IMG/VR virus record: IMGVR_UViG_3300031949_000741
Coordinates: 1-61,108 of that record
Reading direction: 5' to 3' (one strand)
DNA length: 61,108 bases
Origin: a virus
Taxonomy: Duplodnaviria; Caudoviricetes
Shown here: one piece after another, positions 37,764 to 47,022 of the stretch
How positions within the stretch are numbered: position 1 is the stretch's first letter
How the letters are laid out: every line of letters starts with the position of its first letter
Notes under the pieces: generated by a model
Databases searched by the model: none
Seen by the model: only the letters and a program-made list of their open reading frames with translations
What the model was told of the DNA's origin: nothing
Position numbers and translations under genes: made by a program

Positions 37764-38390
37764 ATGAGTGAGCTGGACAAACCTAGGGAATACCGTAAGA
37801 CAGACCTGAGGGGACCACGGTACCGGAAAAAGACCCTGCATGTAATTACTCATACTACTGCTAAGAGATTTCTTAGTCTTCATCCTGAGTATAAGGGAGT
37901 ATCTATGTATAGGGTAGAGGCTATCATAAGATACTACAACGGTCTCCTGTGGCAGGAAGTAGTTAAGAGCCGGGATGGAGTAGAGTTTCCTGCAAGTATG
38001 GGAAGATCTCATATAGTAGCATATCTCCCTCACAGTAAGAGACTACTTCTATATAATTATGACCACAAGAAGAGTGAGAAGTATAATATTCTTGCCACTC
38101 ATAAGAATTTTAACTCTGACAGCTTTATAGCTAAAATAGTGTATAGTAATTATCACGTTAAGTATAAAGTTAAGAACAGGGAGCTTTGGAGTTTCAAAGG
38201 TACGAGACCTTTTACCAGAGCCGCCTCTCAGGAGTTTCGCAGATGCTGGAAGAAATATGTAATGGTAGATACTACCCTTAAGATAGAGTATGCAAGAAAG
38301 CTTAAAGATCTGAGATATCAGATTTACAAGGAGAGAAAGACACAGGAGTTACCAGAGGCATATGATGAATTTAATATGAAGGAGTCATGA
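37764..38390 (+). CDS. Basic protein with a divergent HU/IHF-like fold
   Basis: Helix-helix then DGVEFPASMG..HI; sits before ring genes as in crAss-like phages. Confidence 0.55.
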   Translation: MSELDKPREYRKTDLRGPRYRKKTLHVITHTTAKRFLSLHPEYKGVSMYRVEAIIRYYNGLLWQEVVKSRDGVEFPASMGRSHIVAYLPHSKRLLLYNYDHKKSEKYNILATHKNFNSDSFIAKIVYSNYHVKYKVKNRELWSFKGTRPFTRAASQEFRRCWKKYVMVDTTLKIEYARKLKDLRYQIYKERKTQELPEAYDEFNMKES

Positions 38391-39058
38391 CTACCATAGG
38401 AGAAACCATATCAAGAATAAGAGGAGGACTAAAAGCTGTAAAGGAAGATGCCTTCGTTACCGATAGGTATCTCTATAGTGTAGCCCTCAAGTATGCCAAG
38501 ATGGTTATACGTAGAACAGATAATGAGAATAAGCTTATGAGATACTCCAGCTTATTTAAACCTATCCCCTGTATGGATCTGATAGAGGTAGACAAAATAG
38601 AGGCCTGTTGCATAGGGGTTCCCTCTAACTGTACTATTATGAGAACAAAGGAAAGAATCATAGGTATCATGGAAGGAGCTCTCGGGCCTATATTCCGTAC
38701 AGTGAGTTCACTCGATGGTTCTCAGGAAGCTTATAAGACACAACCTGCAACTTATGTATCCATGACCCGTACTACCACTTTTCGATTTAATAAGAATAAG
38801 TACTACTGGTTCCTGGACGGATATCTCTACTTTCCTAATCTGGAGTGGGATGCTGTGAGACTGGAGGTAATGCCCGAGACAGATATATCATGTCTTATCT
38901 GCTCAGAGGAAGAACAGTGTATTCCTATACAGGAGCAGTCTACACACGTTCCCGATTATCTCTTTGCTGAGATAGAGAGTATGGTGCTTAAGGAAATACT
39001 CACCAGTGTAAATATACCTCAGGATGGTCCTGACGATAAGCAAAACCAAATACGCTAG
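38387..39058 (+). CDS. Tail ring/tubular protein
   Basis: Synteny; YYWFLDGYLYF. Confidence 0.6.
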   Translation: MTTIGETISRIRGGLKAVKEDAFVTDRYLYSVALKYAKMVIRRTDNENKLMRYSSLFKPIPCMDLIEVDKIEACCIGVPSNCTIMRTKERIIGIMEGALGPIFRTVSSLDGSQEAYKTQPATYVSMTRTTTFRFNKNKYYWFLDGYLYFPNLEWDAVRLEVMPETDISCLICSEEEQCIPIQEQSTHVPDYLFAEIESMVLKEILTSVNIPQDGPDDKQNQIR

Positions 39059-39060
39059 AG

Positions 39061-40038
39061 ATGTCTAAGTATACACTACAATACAGAACCTTTGATCAGC
39101 TGCTCAACGATGTCAGAGTAGATCTTCAGAATGTCGCCTTGGAGCAGATGATCGAGCCGCAGCAGCTTATCAAGGTTGTCCGTAGAGTTAGCTATGATCT
39201 GGGTCTAAAGATATTTATGACTAAGGAAGCCGTCTTAGAAGTCGAGAGATTTAAAGTGAGACTCCCGGACGATTTCTATGTACTAAACTTTGCACTTATA
39301 TGCGGGCAGTTTACAGTCACCGTCCCTCTTAGTCAGGGAACACATATTGAAGAGAGAAAGATCGGACCCACATATCAGTGTCAGCCTGCTACTATCGATA
39401 CCTGCACAGATCCTGTAGTAAATACACCTTGTGATCCATGTACTCCTGTGGATCCGTGTATAGATCCCTGTGCCAACGCACAACCCTGTCAGCCATGCCA
39501 GACTCCTAAGGTCTGTCTCAACTGTAAGGGAGAGTGCTTTGAACTTGTACAGATAATCAAGACCCAGACCCGTACCTTTAGAGAGCTCTTTCCTTTAAGA
39601 ATTATAGATAACCCTGTAACAGTAGATTGTGACTGTCCTAATACCAGATGGCACTGTAGAGATGAAGCATGGATAAAAGACGGGTGGCTTTTCACTAACT
39701 TCGAGTGCGGGAATGTTTACATTAATTATCAGGGTAATCTGCAGGATGATGACGGAAACCTTCTGGCTCCGGATCACCCTCTGCTCAATGAATATTATGA
39801 GTATGCGACCAAGGAGAGAATCTTTGAGAATATGTGGTTCAATGACGAGGACGTAGCCAGAAAGCTGGAGCTTACACAGGCTAAATTGAAGATGGCAAGG
39901 AATAATGCTTTATCCATGGTCAACACTCCTGACTTCTCAGAGATGCGTAAGGTATGGGAAAAGAACCGCAAGGCTCAGTACTCTAAGTACTTCCAGATGT
40001 TTGCCAGTTATGGACCTATACACTCCCGTTACAGATAA
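39061..40038 (+). CDS. Tail ring/tubular protein with a Cys/Pro-rich insert
   Basis: VRLPDDF, WLFTNFECG.VYINY.G...DDDG....PD; directly before the muzzle gene. Confidence 0.65.
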   Translation: MSKYTLQYRTFDQLLNDVRVDLQNVALEQMIEPQQLIKVVRRVSYDLGLKIFMTKEAVLEVERFKVRLPDDFYVLNFALICGQFTVTVPLSQGTHIEERKIGPTYQCQPATIDTCTDPVVNTPCDPCTPVDPCIDPCANAQPCQPCQTPKVCLNCKGECFELVQIIKTQTRTFRELFPLRIIDNPVTVDCDCPNTRWHCRDEAWIKDGWLFTNFECGNVYINYQGNLQDDDGNLLAPDHPLLNEYYEYATKERIFENMWFNDEDVARKLELTQAKLKMARNNALSMVNTPDFSEMRKVWEKNRKAQYSKYFQMFASYGPIHSRYR

Positions 40039-43000
40039 TGGCCCAGCAGAGCCAAAATACCAGTAGTGCTACCTTTCGTACATCCAGCCAGAGTCTGGTA
40101 GAAGATACGAAGGGATTCTACCTGCCTCCTAACGCATGGATCCATGCCCGTAATGCCATCAATAATTCTGTTACAGGAGATCTTGGTAGCATAGGTAACG
40201 AACCCTCCAACCTCATATGTAATAATGCTCCCTATACTATCATAGGAACCATTCACCTCTACTCAGACCGGTGGGCTATATTTTCTACAGACGACACTAG
40301 CTCAGAGATAGGAATATTCCGGGAGAGTACCTGTGACTATGATACAGTAGTAAACGATCCCTGTCTCAACTTTAACAGATCTAACCTGATAAAGGGTATA
40401 GCTAAGGAGAACTTCGACTGTACCTGGCAGGTATACTGGTCCGACTCTCATAGGAACCCCGATAGATCTATGAATCTGGATAATCCTCCCTTTAAGGAGA
40501 ACTGTGTCACTGTAGATGACTGTCTTATTTGTACCCCTACTACAGATCTTGACTGTGATCAGATAAGACTCGCGAGATTTATAAAGGCACCATGCCTGAG
40601 AGTACAAAAGGGAGCTTCAGGAGGCACTTTACCTAACGGCTCTTACTATGCCATGTTGGGATATACTATCAACCAGCAGAGAATATCCGACTACTTCTTT
40701 CCCTCTAATGTTCAGCCCCTCTTCGAGCATAGCAATGTAGCAGGATCTATAGATATCTTCATAGATGACATAGATACCCGCTTTGACGAGTTTGAGCTGA
40801 TAGTAGTCTCTACTGTGAACCAACAGGCAGTGGCCAGAAGAATAGGTATATATAGCACCAGGCAGTCCCAGATTACTATTGATAATATAAGTAACGAGCT
40901 ACCTTCTGTTCCTATAGAGCAGATCCCTATAAGTAATCCGATATTTGATTCATCGGAGGCTATCTATGAGAACGGTGACTATGCCATAAGAGTAGGCCCC
41001 CGAACCAAGCTGGACTTTAACTATCAGCCTCTGGCCAACCAGATTATTACTAAGTGGACTTCTGTGGAGTATCCATCAGATTATTACCGTAAGGGTGGTA
41101 GTAACGCCGGGTATCTCAGGGACGAGCAATATCCTTTCTTTATAAGGTGGATATATGATACAGGAGATAAGTCAGCATCATATCATATTCCCGGCAGAGC
41201 AAGTGTACCTTCAGATCTCACTATTGTAGCTGGTGCAGATGCAGCTATTGAGATAGATGAGGGTATTACTCCTTTCAACTGGAGAGTAAGGAATACAGCT
41301 ACTATTACATCTCTTGCTCCGGTAACTCTACCCGACGGCGGTCTTCAGATAGCAGAAGGTCTTATGGGATACTGGGAATCCACAGAGATATATCCGGACG
41401 ACACCCCACAGATATGGGGTAACTTATGCGGTAAGCCTATCAGGCATCATAAGTTCCCCGACAATGCTCTACATCCTAATGTGAACCACTTTAGTTCCGG
41501 AGGCAATACTATCCGGGTTATGGGAGTAAAGTTCGAGAATATACAGGTTCCTGTAGATAACTCCTCTAATCCTATAACAAGTATAGTAGGTTATGAGATT
41601 CTCCGTGGCTCCAGAGAGGGTAATAAGACTGTTGTAGCCAAGGGTATTATTAATAACACAGCTTTATATGATATAGAAGGAGGAGTAACCTCCCGCCAAG
41701 GTCTCTATCCTAACTATCCCTATAATGATCTGAACCCTGATAAATTCATCTCTACTACAGAGACTAACTTCCTAGCTCTGGGATGTTCTGTGAATAACTA
41801 TAACCCTAATCCCAACTTCTCACGTCAGATATTCACCTTTCACTCTCCCGATACGCAGTTTAAGAATCCCTTTCTCTCCTCCAAAGAGCTGAAGATATAT
41901 GGAGAGTTCAATGGTACCGTAGAAGGCCAGTTTGTAGAACCCGACAAGCACCCACGTCATAAGCTTATCACAGACCTGACATTCTATGTCTCTCTGATAG
42001 CAGGAGTAGGAATAGCTATGCTGGCTATGAACGGCATGAGAAGAACTACACGATTAGGCCCTAGAATGATGAAGCAAAGTGGGCAATGGACATTTGCAGG
42101 ACCGGCCGGAGTAGGTTTTGGTGCACAACCTATAGACTTTGGAGTTTCGGGAATAGGTGCTATGGTAGGATGGAACGCGGCCTATGGTGGTATTACAAAT
42201 GCCTTTTATGACACAGGTGCAGTACTACTAAGTAATCTTGTCGGAGCCACTTCAGATCCTTACTATACAGCACTAGGAGGAGCAGGACTTCCTCTCAATG
42301 CAGCACTTGGTATGCTTGGTTATACTACTAACGTGGAGCAGGATGATGGTAAACATTCCAGTGTACCAGCAGTACTTAGATTCTTCCAGGCGATTCCTAC
42401 ATTCACTTACTATACATCAGAGGGCACAGAGAACGTTCTCCGCATTATACGCAATCTTATACCCTACAGACAATATGCACTCCAGTACGAGTCACATTGC
42501 CTCTATGGCACTTTCCTGAATCCTCAAGTCAACAACAACCGTAGACTTATAGACCAGTCTATCTACCTGGATCCACAGATACAGGACTTCGGAGGATCCA
42601 GCAGAGTAAATAATCTCTATAGAGGACGATGTGTAACACTAGAGACGACTTTTCCCGTATCAGACCCCCTTACTACCGATAACACAAGACAGAGAGTAGG
42701 AGACCTTCCAGGTAATGTAGATCATGATAATCCACTGGAACCCTTCAATACTACTTCAAGCTGTCATTATTCTGCACTGAAGCAAAGAATGCGCAATCAG
42801 TATGGACAGTTAGATGGAATCAGGGAGGTCCCGGTCTCGACCTGTGTAACTGACAAGATCCAGACCACTTCACCAGTACTCTTTAACGGAGACACATATG
42901 TAACCCGTTATACAGAGAAGAACACCATGTTCTTCTTCTATGACTGGATGAATGGTCAGCCGGACGGATTCGAGTTCGACTATCTACTCAGGAAGATGAT

Positions 43001-44840
43001 CCCTCATCCTGCATACTGGATGAATACTACAGAGTTCGATGTAACAGAGTTTCTCCAGTCAATAGTGGCTAATATACTTAATCCGGGAGCTTGGGTTACA
43101 CCTAGTGACAGACACGTTCTTGACAGGGCAAACTGTCCCGTATCATTTGGAGTAAAGAGGGCATATATGTACCTCTTCAACTCAGGAGTGAGAGACTTCT
43201 TTGTGGAATCTGAGATTAATACAGACCTTAGAGACTGGGGAGAACCCGAAGCCGAGAGACATTATGATTCATATAACCATACAGATCTTAGACAGATGTT
43301 TGCTATGGATGTTATCAAGTCAGGTAACTTCTTTAAGTATGACATCTCACTGAGTATTTCCAGGCTCTTTAATAACTTTATATCCTGGGGTAATGTTCAG
43401 CCCCGGGACTATGATCCTCTCATAGCACAGACCTGCTTCTCCGACTATCCCTTCAGACTTATCTATAGCCTGCAGCAGAATAAGGAGCTTAAGGAGGATA
43501 ACTGGTATATTTACCTGCCTAATAACTATAAGGACTTCAAGAGCAGGACTATTGTTATAAAACCCATAGGTAAGAACGGAGCCATCATCTTCTTTGAGAA
43601 CGAGAGTCCGATACAGTTTATGGGAGTAGATGTTCTCCAGACTGATCTCGGAACTAAGGTCACTTTAGGTGACGGAGGACTCTTTAGTCAGGCTCTCCAG
43701 AATCTTATTAATGTAGATGAGCCTATAGAGTATGGAAGCTGTCAGAGCAGGCTCAGTGTAATAAATACTCCTGTAGGACTCTTCTGGATTAGTCAGAACC
43801 AAGGTAAGATATTCCGGCTTAGAGGGGAGACACCTGAGGAGCTTACTCTCTCAGACTTAAAGTGGTGGTTTGCTACTTACTTACCATACTTCCTGTTGCA
43901 GGACTTTCCCGACTTTAAGCTTGTAGACAATCCTGTCATAGGTATAGGTTGCCAGTCTGTTTATGATAACGAGAACAACCTGGTCTACTTCTGCAAGCGT
44001 GACTTCAGACTCAAAGAGGAGTTTAAGGGACAAGTAGTCTATGTAGACAATGATGACTTCCTGGTAAACGGACTAGTACGTATAAAGCTCGGAGATCCCC
44101 TCTACTTTGACAGTGCATCATGGACCATTAGCTTTGACCCAAAGGCTAATAAGGGACAGGGAGACTGGATATCCTGGCATGACTGGCATCCCAACCTGAC
44201 TATGCCAAGCAAGACAACATTCCTAACTATACTTGACCGGGGTATATGGCGGCATAATATACTCTGTGATAGTTACTGTAAGTTCTATGGAGTAGACTAT
44301 CCCTTCGAAGTAGAGTGGGAAGCTCCTACAGGACCGGCAGTTAATACTCTTAGAAATGTGGAGTATTATCTTGAAGTATACCGATATGGGGAGAATTGTC
44401 ATGATCGGTTCCATGTACTCGACACTAACTTTGACGAGGCTACTGTATATAATACAGAGCAGTGCTCTGGTCTTCTCCGGCTTAACCTGAGTCCTAAGAA
44501 TGATGTAACTCTGCTTACTCAATATCCCGTCATCAACCCTGCATCCATAGATATACTCTTCTCCAAGGAGGAGCAGAAGTATCGCTTCAACCAGTTTTGG
44601 GATATTACAGATGACAGGGGAGAGTTCAATCTGGCAGCACAAAGACTCATATGGAATACTGCACCTAATGGTTATGTGCGCATACTAAACCCGAATAACC
44701 TTAACTACAACAAGCAGGAGTTCCAGAGGAAGAAGTTCCGGCACTACACTAACTCAGTGCTTCTGAGAAAGAGAATAAGTGGCAACAATAAGTTCCTCTT
44801 TATGATTATAAGTAACAAGAACCTGTTATCAGTACGATGA
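40038..44840 (+). CDS. Tail stabilisation/muzzle protein
   Basis: 1600-aa beta-rich protein; ARNAIN....G...NE.SN, GYLRDE.Y.F.I.W and WISWHDW; synteny. Confidence 0.75.
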   Translation: MAQQSQNTSSATFRTSSQSLVEDTKGFYLPPNAWIHARNAINNSVTGDLGSIGNEPSNLICNNAPYTIIGTIHLYSDRWAIFSTDDTSSEIGIFRESTCDYDTVVNDPCLNFNRSNLIKGIAKENFDCTWQVYWSDSHRNPDRSMNLDNPPFKENCVTVDDCLICTPTTDLDCDQIRLARFIKAPCLRVQKGASGGTLPNGSYYAMLGYTINQQRISDYFFPSNVQPLFEHSNVAGSIDIFIDDIDTRFDEFELIVVSTVNQQAVARRIGIYSTRQSQITIDNISNELPSVPIEQIPISNPIFDSSEAIYENGDYAIRVGPRTKLDFNYQPLANQIITKWTSVEYPSDYYRKGGSNAGYLRDEQYPFFIRWIYDTGDKSASYHIPGRASVPSDLTIVAGADAAIEIDEGITPFNWRVRNTATITSLAPVTLPDGGLQIAEGLMGYWESTEIYPDDTPQIWGNLCGKPIRHHKFPDNALHPNVNHFSSGGNTIRVMGVKFENIQVPVDNSSNPITSIVGYEILRGSREGNKTVVAKGIINNTALYDIEGGVTSRQGLYPNYPYNDLNPDKFISTTETNFLALGCSVNNYNPNPNFSRQIFTFHSPDTQFKNPFLSSKELKIYGEFNGTVEGQFVEPDKHPRHKLITDLTFYVSLIAGVGIAMLAMNGMRRTTRLGPRMMKQSGQWTFAGPAGVGFGAQPIDFGVSGIGAMVGWNAAYGGITNAFYDTGAVLLSNLVGATSDPYYTALGGAGLPLNAALGMLGYTTNVEQDDGKHSSVPAVLRFFQAIPTFTYYTSEGTENVLRIIRNLIPYRQYALQYESHCLYGTFLNPQVNNNRRLIDQSIYLDPQIQDFGGSSRVNNLYRGRCVTLETTFPVSDPLTTDNTRQRVGDLPGNVDHDNPLEPFNTTSSCHYSALKQRMRNQYGQLDGIREVPVSTCVTDKIQTTSPVLFNGDTYVTRYTEKNTMFFFYDWMNGQPDGFEFDYLLRKMIPHPAYWMNTTEFDVTEFLQSIVANILNPGAWVTPSDRHVLDRANCPVSFGVKRAYMYLFNSGVRDFFVESEINTDLRDWGEPEAERHYDSYNHTDLRQMFAMDVIKSGNFFKYDISLSISRLFNNFISWGNVQPRDYDPLIAQTCFSDYPFRLIYSLQQNKELKEDNWYIYLPNNYKDFKSRTIVIKPIGKNGAIIFFENESPIQFMGVDVLQTDLGTKVTLGDGGLFSQALQNLINVDEPIEYGSCQSRLSVINTPVGLFWISQNQGKIFRLRGETPEELTLSDLKWWFATYLPYFLLQDFPDFKLVDNPVIGIGCQSVYDNENNLVYFCKRDFRLKEEFKGQVVYVDNDDFLVNGLVRIKLGDPLYFDSASWTISFDPKANKGQGDWISWHDWHPNLTMPSKTTFLTILDRGIWRHNILCDSYCKFYGVDYPFEVEWEAPTGPAVNTLRNVEYYLEVYRYGENCHDRFHVLDTNFDEATVYNTEQCSGLLRLNLSPKNDVTLLTQYPVINPASIDILFSKEEQKYRFNQFWDITDDRGEFNLAAQRLIWNTAPNGYVRILNPNNLNYNKQEFQRKKFRHYTNSVLLRKRISGNNKFLFMIISNKNLLSVR

Positions 44841-47017
44841 GAAAGCTCAGAGGTAAAATATCAACCACAGGTTACAGAAGTAACTCCAGGGACAAGTCTA
44901 ACGACTTTAATCTTATTCCTGGAAACTCCATCTCCATGAGAGGAGTAGAAAAACCACTCATGATGATACCTCTGGCATTTGATAAAGACTTATCTTTGGG
45001 AAATCCTGCAGTGGGCTACCCGGGAGAGAACTATCTCTTTCCTAACCACGATGCTGTACTGGAGGTACCTATTATGGCAAAAGGAGGACCTACACCGGAA
45101 AAAGCCAGAGAGATCCTGGAACATGGATCTATAGCGGGTCGTCCCCTCACAGAAAAGCAGAGACGATTCTTCGGATATATAGCTGCACAGAACATGCAGT
45201 ATGGAGGAGATACTACACAGGACTTTATACCATACCTCGATCCTTCTTCTAACAAGGCCTTCTTTCATGAGGGAGGACAGATGCCCCGATATAACCACTA
45301 TTACTTTCCCTACTATAACATACAGATCCCCGCACATAAGTACGGACTAAAGAACAAGCCTATGAAGAAGATGAAGAACCCCTTCGGACCAAGATATCAT
45401 GGATACCAGTATGGAGGAGTACCAGAAGGATATCATATGATGCCAGATGGTACACTTATGCGTAATGACCAGATGTACAAACATGGAGGTAATACCAGGA
45501 TGGCTCCTTTTCACAATGTATCCCAGCAGAAGTATGATGCAATGATGGAGAACATGCCATGTTATGATTGTGGAGGCCCTATATCATATGCTCATGGAGG
45601 AGCCGCTGAAGAACATCAACCGGGAACCCAGGCAGCTATGTTGGCAGCCCAAGGTATACTTCCCTATAACTTCTCACCAGAGTGGCTAAACTATGTAGCA
45701 CCTTCAAATGACAGGTCTACCCCGATGTTTCAGCCTAAGCAGATGATGCCAAAGGTATTTACCCCACAACCAGTACCGATACCTTATAACACTTCCGACC
45801 CTAACAAGACCTTTCGTACAGTAAGAGTTAAGTTTAACACAGGAGGAGCGTACAGTGATATGAGCCAGATTATGGATGAAGATATCCCTGAGATGAAGAG
45901 TGGAGGTAAGTGGATCCAGAAAGCAGCAGCTTCTATGAAGCGCAGAGGTACAGAAGGAGCGTTCACAGCTTATTGTGGAGGGAAGGTCACAGAAGAGTGC
46001 ATACGTAGAGGACTCAACTCCCCGGATCCTAAAATAAGAAGGAGAGCAGGCTTTGCCAAAGCGATGCGCACAGTAGCCCGCAAGCAGATGGGCGGAGATA
46101 CCCAAGGTAATGTAGACTACTTCCAGGAGGGAGATTACATAGATAACAAGAACAATAACTTCCTTAACTCTCTAGCTAGTAATGCTATGACTAACATGGC
46201 AGATCAGGAGGCTGATATGATGGCTAATGCTTTCCAACAAGGTGCCTTCCAGTATGGAGGAAATCCTATGTCCTATACTAATGATCAGGATATGCACCAG
46301 GATTACCTGGAGAGATTCAGACCTAATAACCAGGATCTGATGAACAAGTTCCAACAGATACCTGCTGTGCAGTATCAGGGAGGAGGACCGTGGATTATAC
46401 CACATAATCCTGCAGTTACAGGTATTACCAACAATCCGTGGAGTACTTCTCTTGACTGGGAAGGTCCCGGATCAATGCTGAATGTAGAGACTAATTATCC
46501 ACAGGCTCCTGCCACAAGTGCATACGATTACGGCACAGAAGTACCTATACAACCCTCTACCGACGCTTATACCTGGCAGACAGGTAATGAGAATCCGTTT
46601 TCTACTATGAAAACTACTATGGATCTACAAGGTAAGTTAGCTACCAGTGGTAACGTGCCTGCAGGAACAGTCAAAGGTAGAACCCAGATAGGTAAGTATG
46701 CAAACCCCTTTCTGGCAGATGCTATTCTTGCAGGAACCAGCATGATAGGAAATGTCCTTGAGCAGGGAGAACGTAGAAGGAAGGATAAGAACTTCCGCAA
46801 GCGTATGAATGCTGATGCTATCTTTACCCCTAATGAATACGGTAACTCCGGACAAAGAGGCGACTACGACCCTAACTCAGGTATGTTCCGTCCTGATGAT
46901 ATGGTACCTGTGCAGTTCCGTGGTAGAAGTTATAAGAAGGGTGGAGAGTACACATTATCTAACTCTGAGATACAGATGATAATGGCTCACGGAGGAGAGA
47001 TTGAGTTTCTAGATTAA
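44837..47017 (+). CDS. Virion cargo protein with repeated (M/F/Y)xxGG motifs
   Basis: Low-complexity, Met/Gln/Gly-rich; follows the muzzle gene. Confidence 0.65.
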   Translation: MRKLRGKISTTGYRSNSRDKSNDFNLIPGNSISMRGVEKPLMMIPLAFDKDLSLGNPAVGYPGENYLFPNHDAVLEVPIMAKGGPTPEKAREILEHGSIAGRPLTEKQRRFFGYIAAQNMQYGGDTTQDFIPYLDPSSNKAFFHEGGQMPRYNHYYFPYYNIQIPAHKYGLKNKPMKKMKNPFGPRYHGYQYGGVPEGYHMMPDGTLMRNDQMYKHGGNTRMAPFHNVSQQKYDAMMENMPCYDCGGPISYAHGGAAEEHQPGTQAAMLAAQGILPYNFSPEWLNYVAPSNDRSTPMFQPKQMMPKVFTPQPVPIPYNTSDPNKTFRTVRVKFNTGGAYSDMSQIMDEDIPEMKSGGKWIQKAAASMKRRGTEGAFTAYCGGKVTEECIRRGLNSPDPKIRRRAGFAKAMRTVARKQMGGDTQGNVDYFQEGDYIDNKNNNFLNSLASNAMTNMADQEADMMANAFQQGAFQYGGNPMSYTNDQDMHQDYLERFRPNNQDLMNKFQQIPAVQYQGGGPWIIPHNPAVTGITNNPWSTSLDWEGPGSMLNVETNYPQAPATSAYDYGTEVPIQPSTDAYTWQTGNENPFSTMKTTMDLQGKLATSGNVPAGTVKGRTQIGKYANPFLADAILAGTSMIGNVLEQGERRRKDKNFRKRMNADAIFTPNEYGNSGQRGDYDPNSGMFRPDDMVPVQFRGRSYKKGGEYTLSNSEIQMIMAHGGEIEFLD

Positions 47018-47022
47018 GAACT

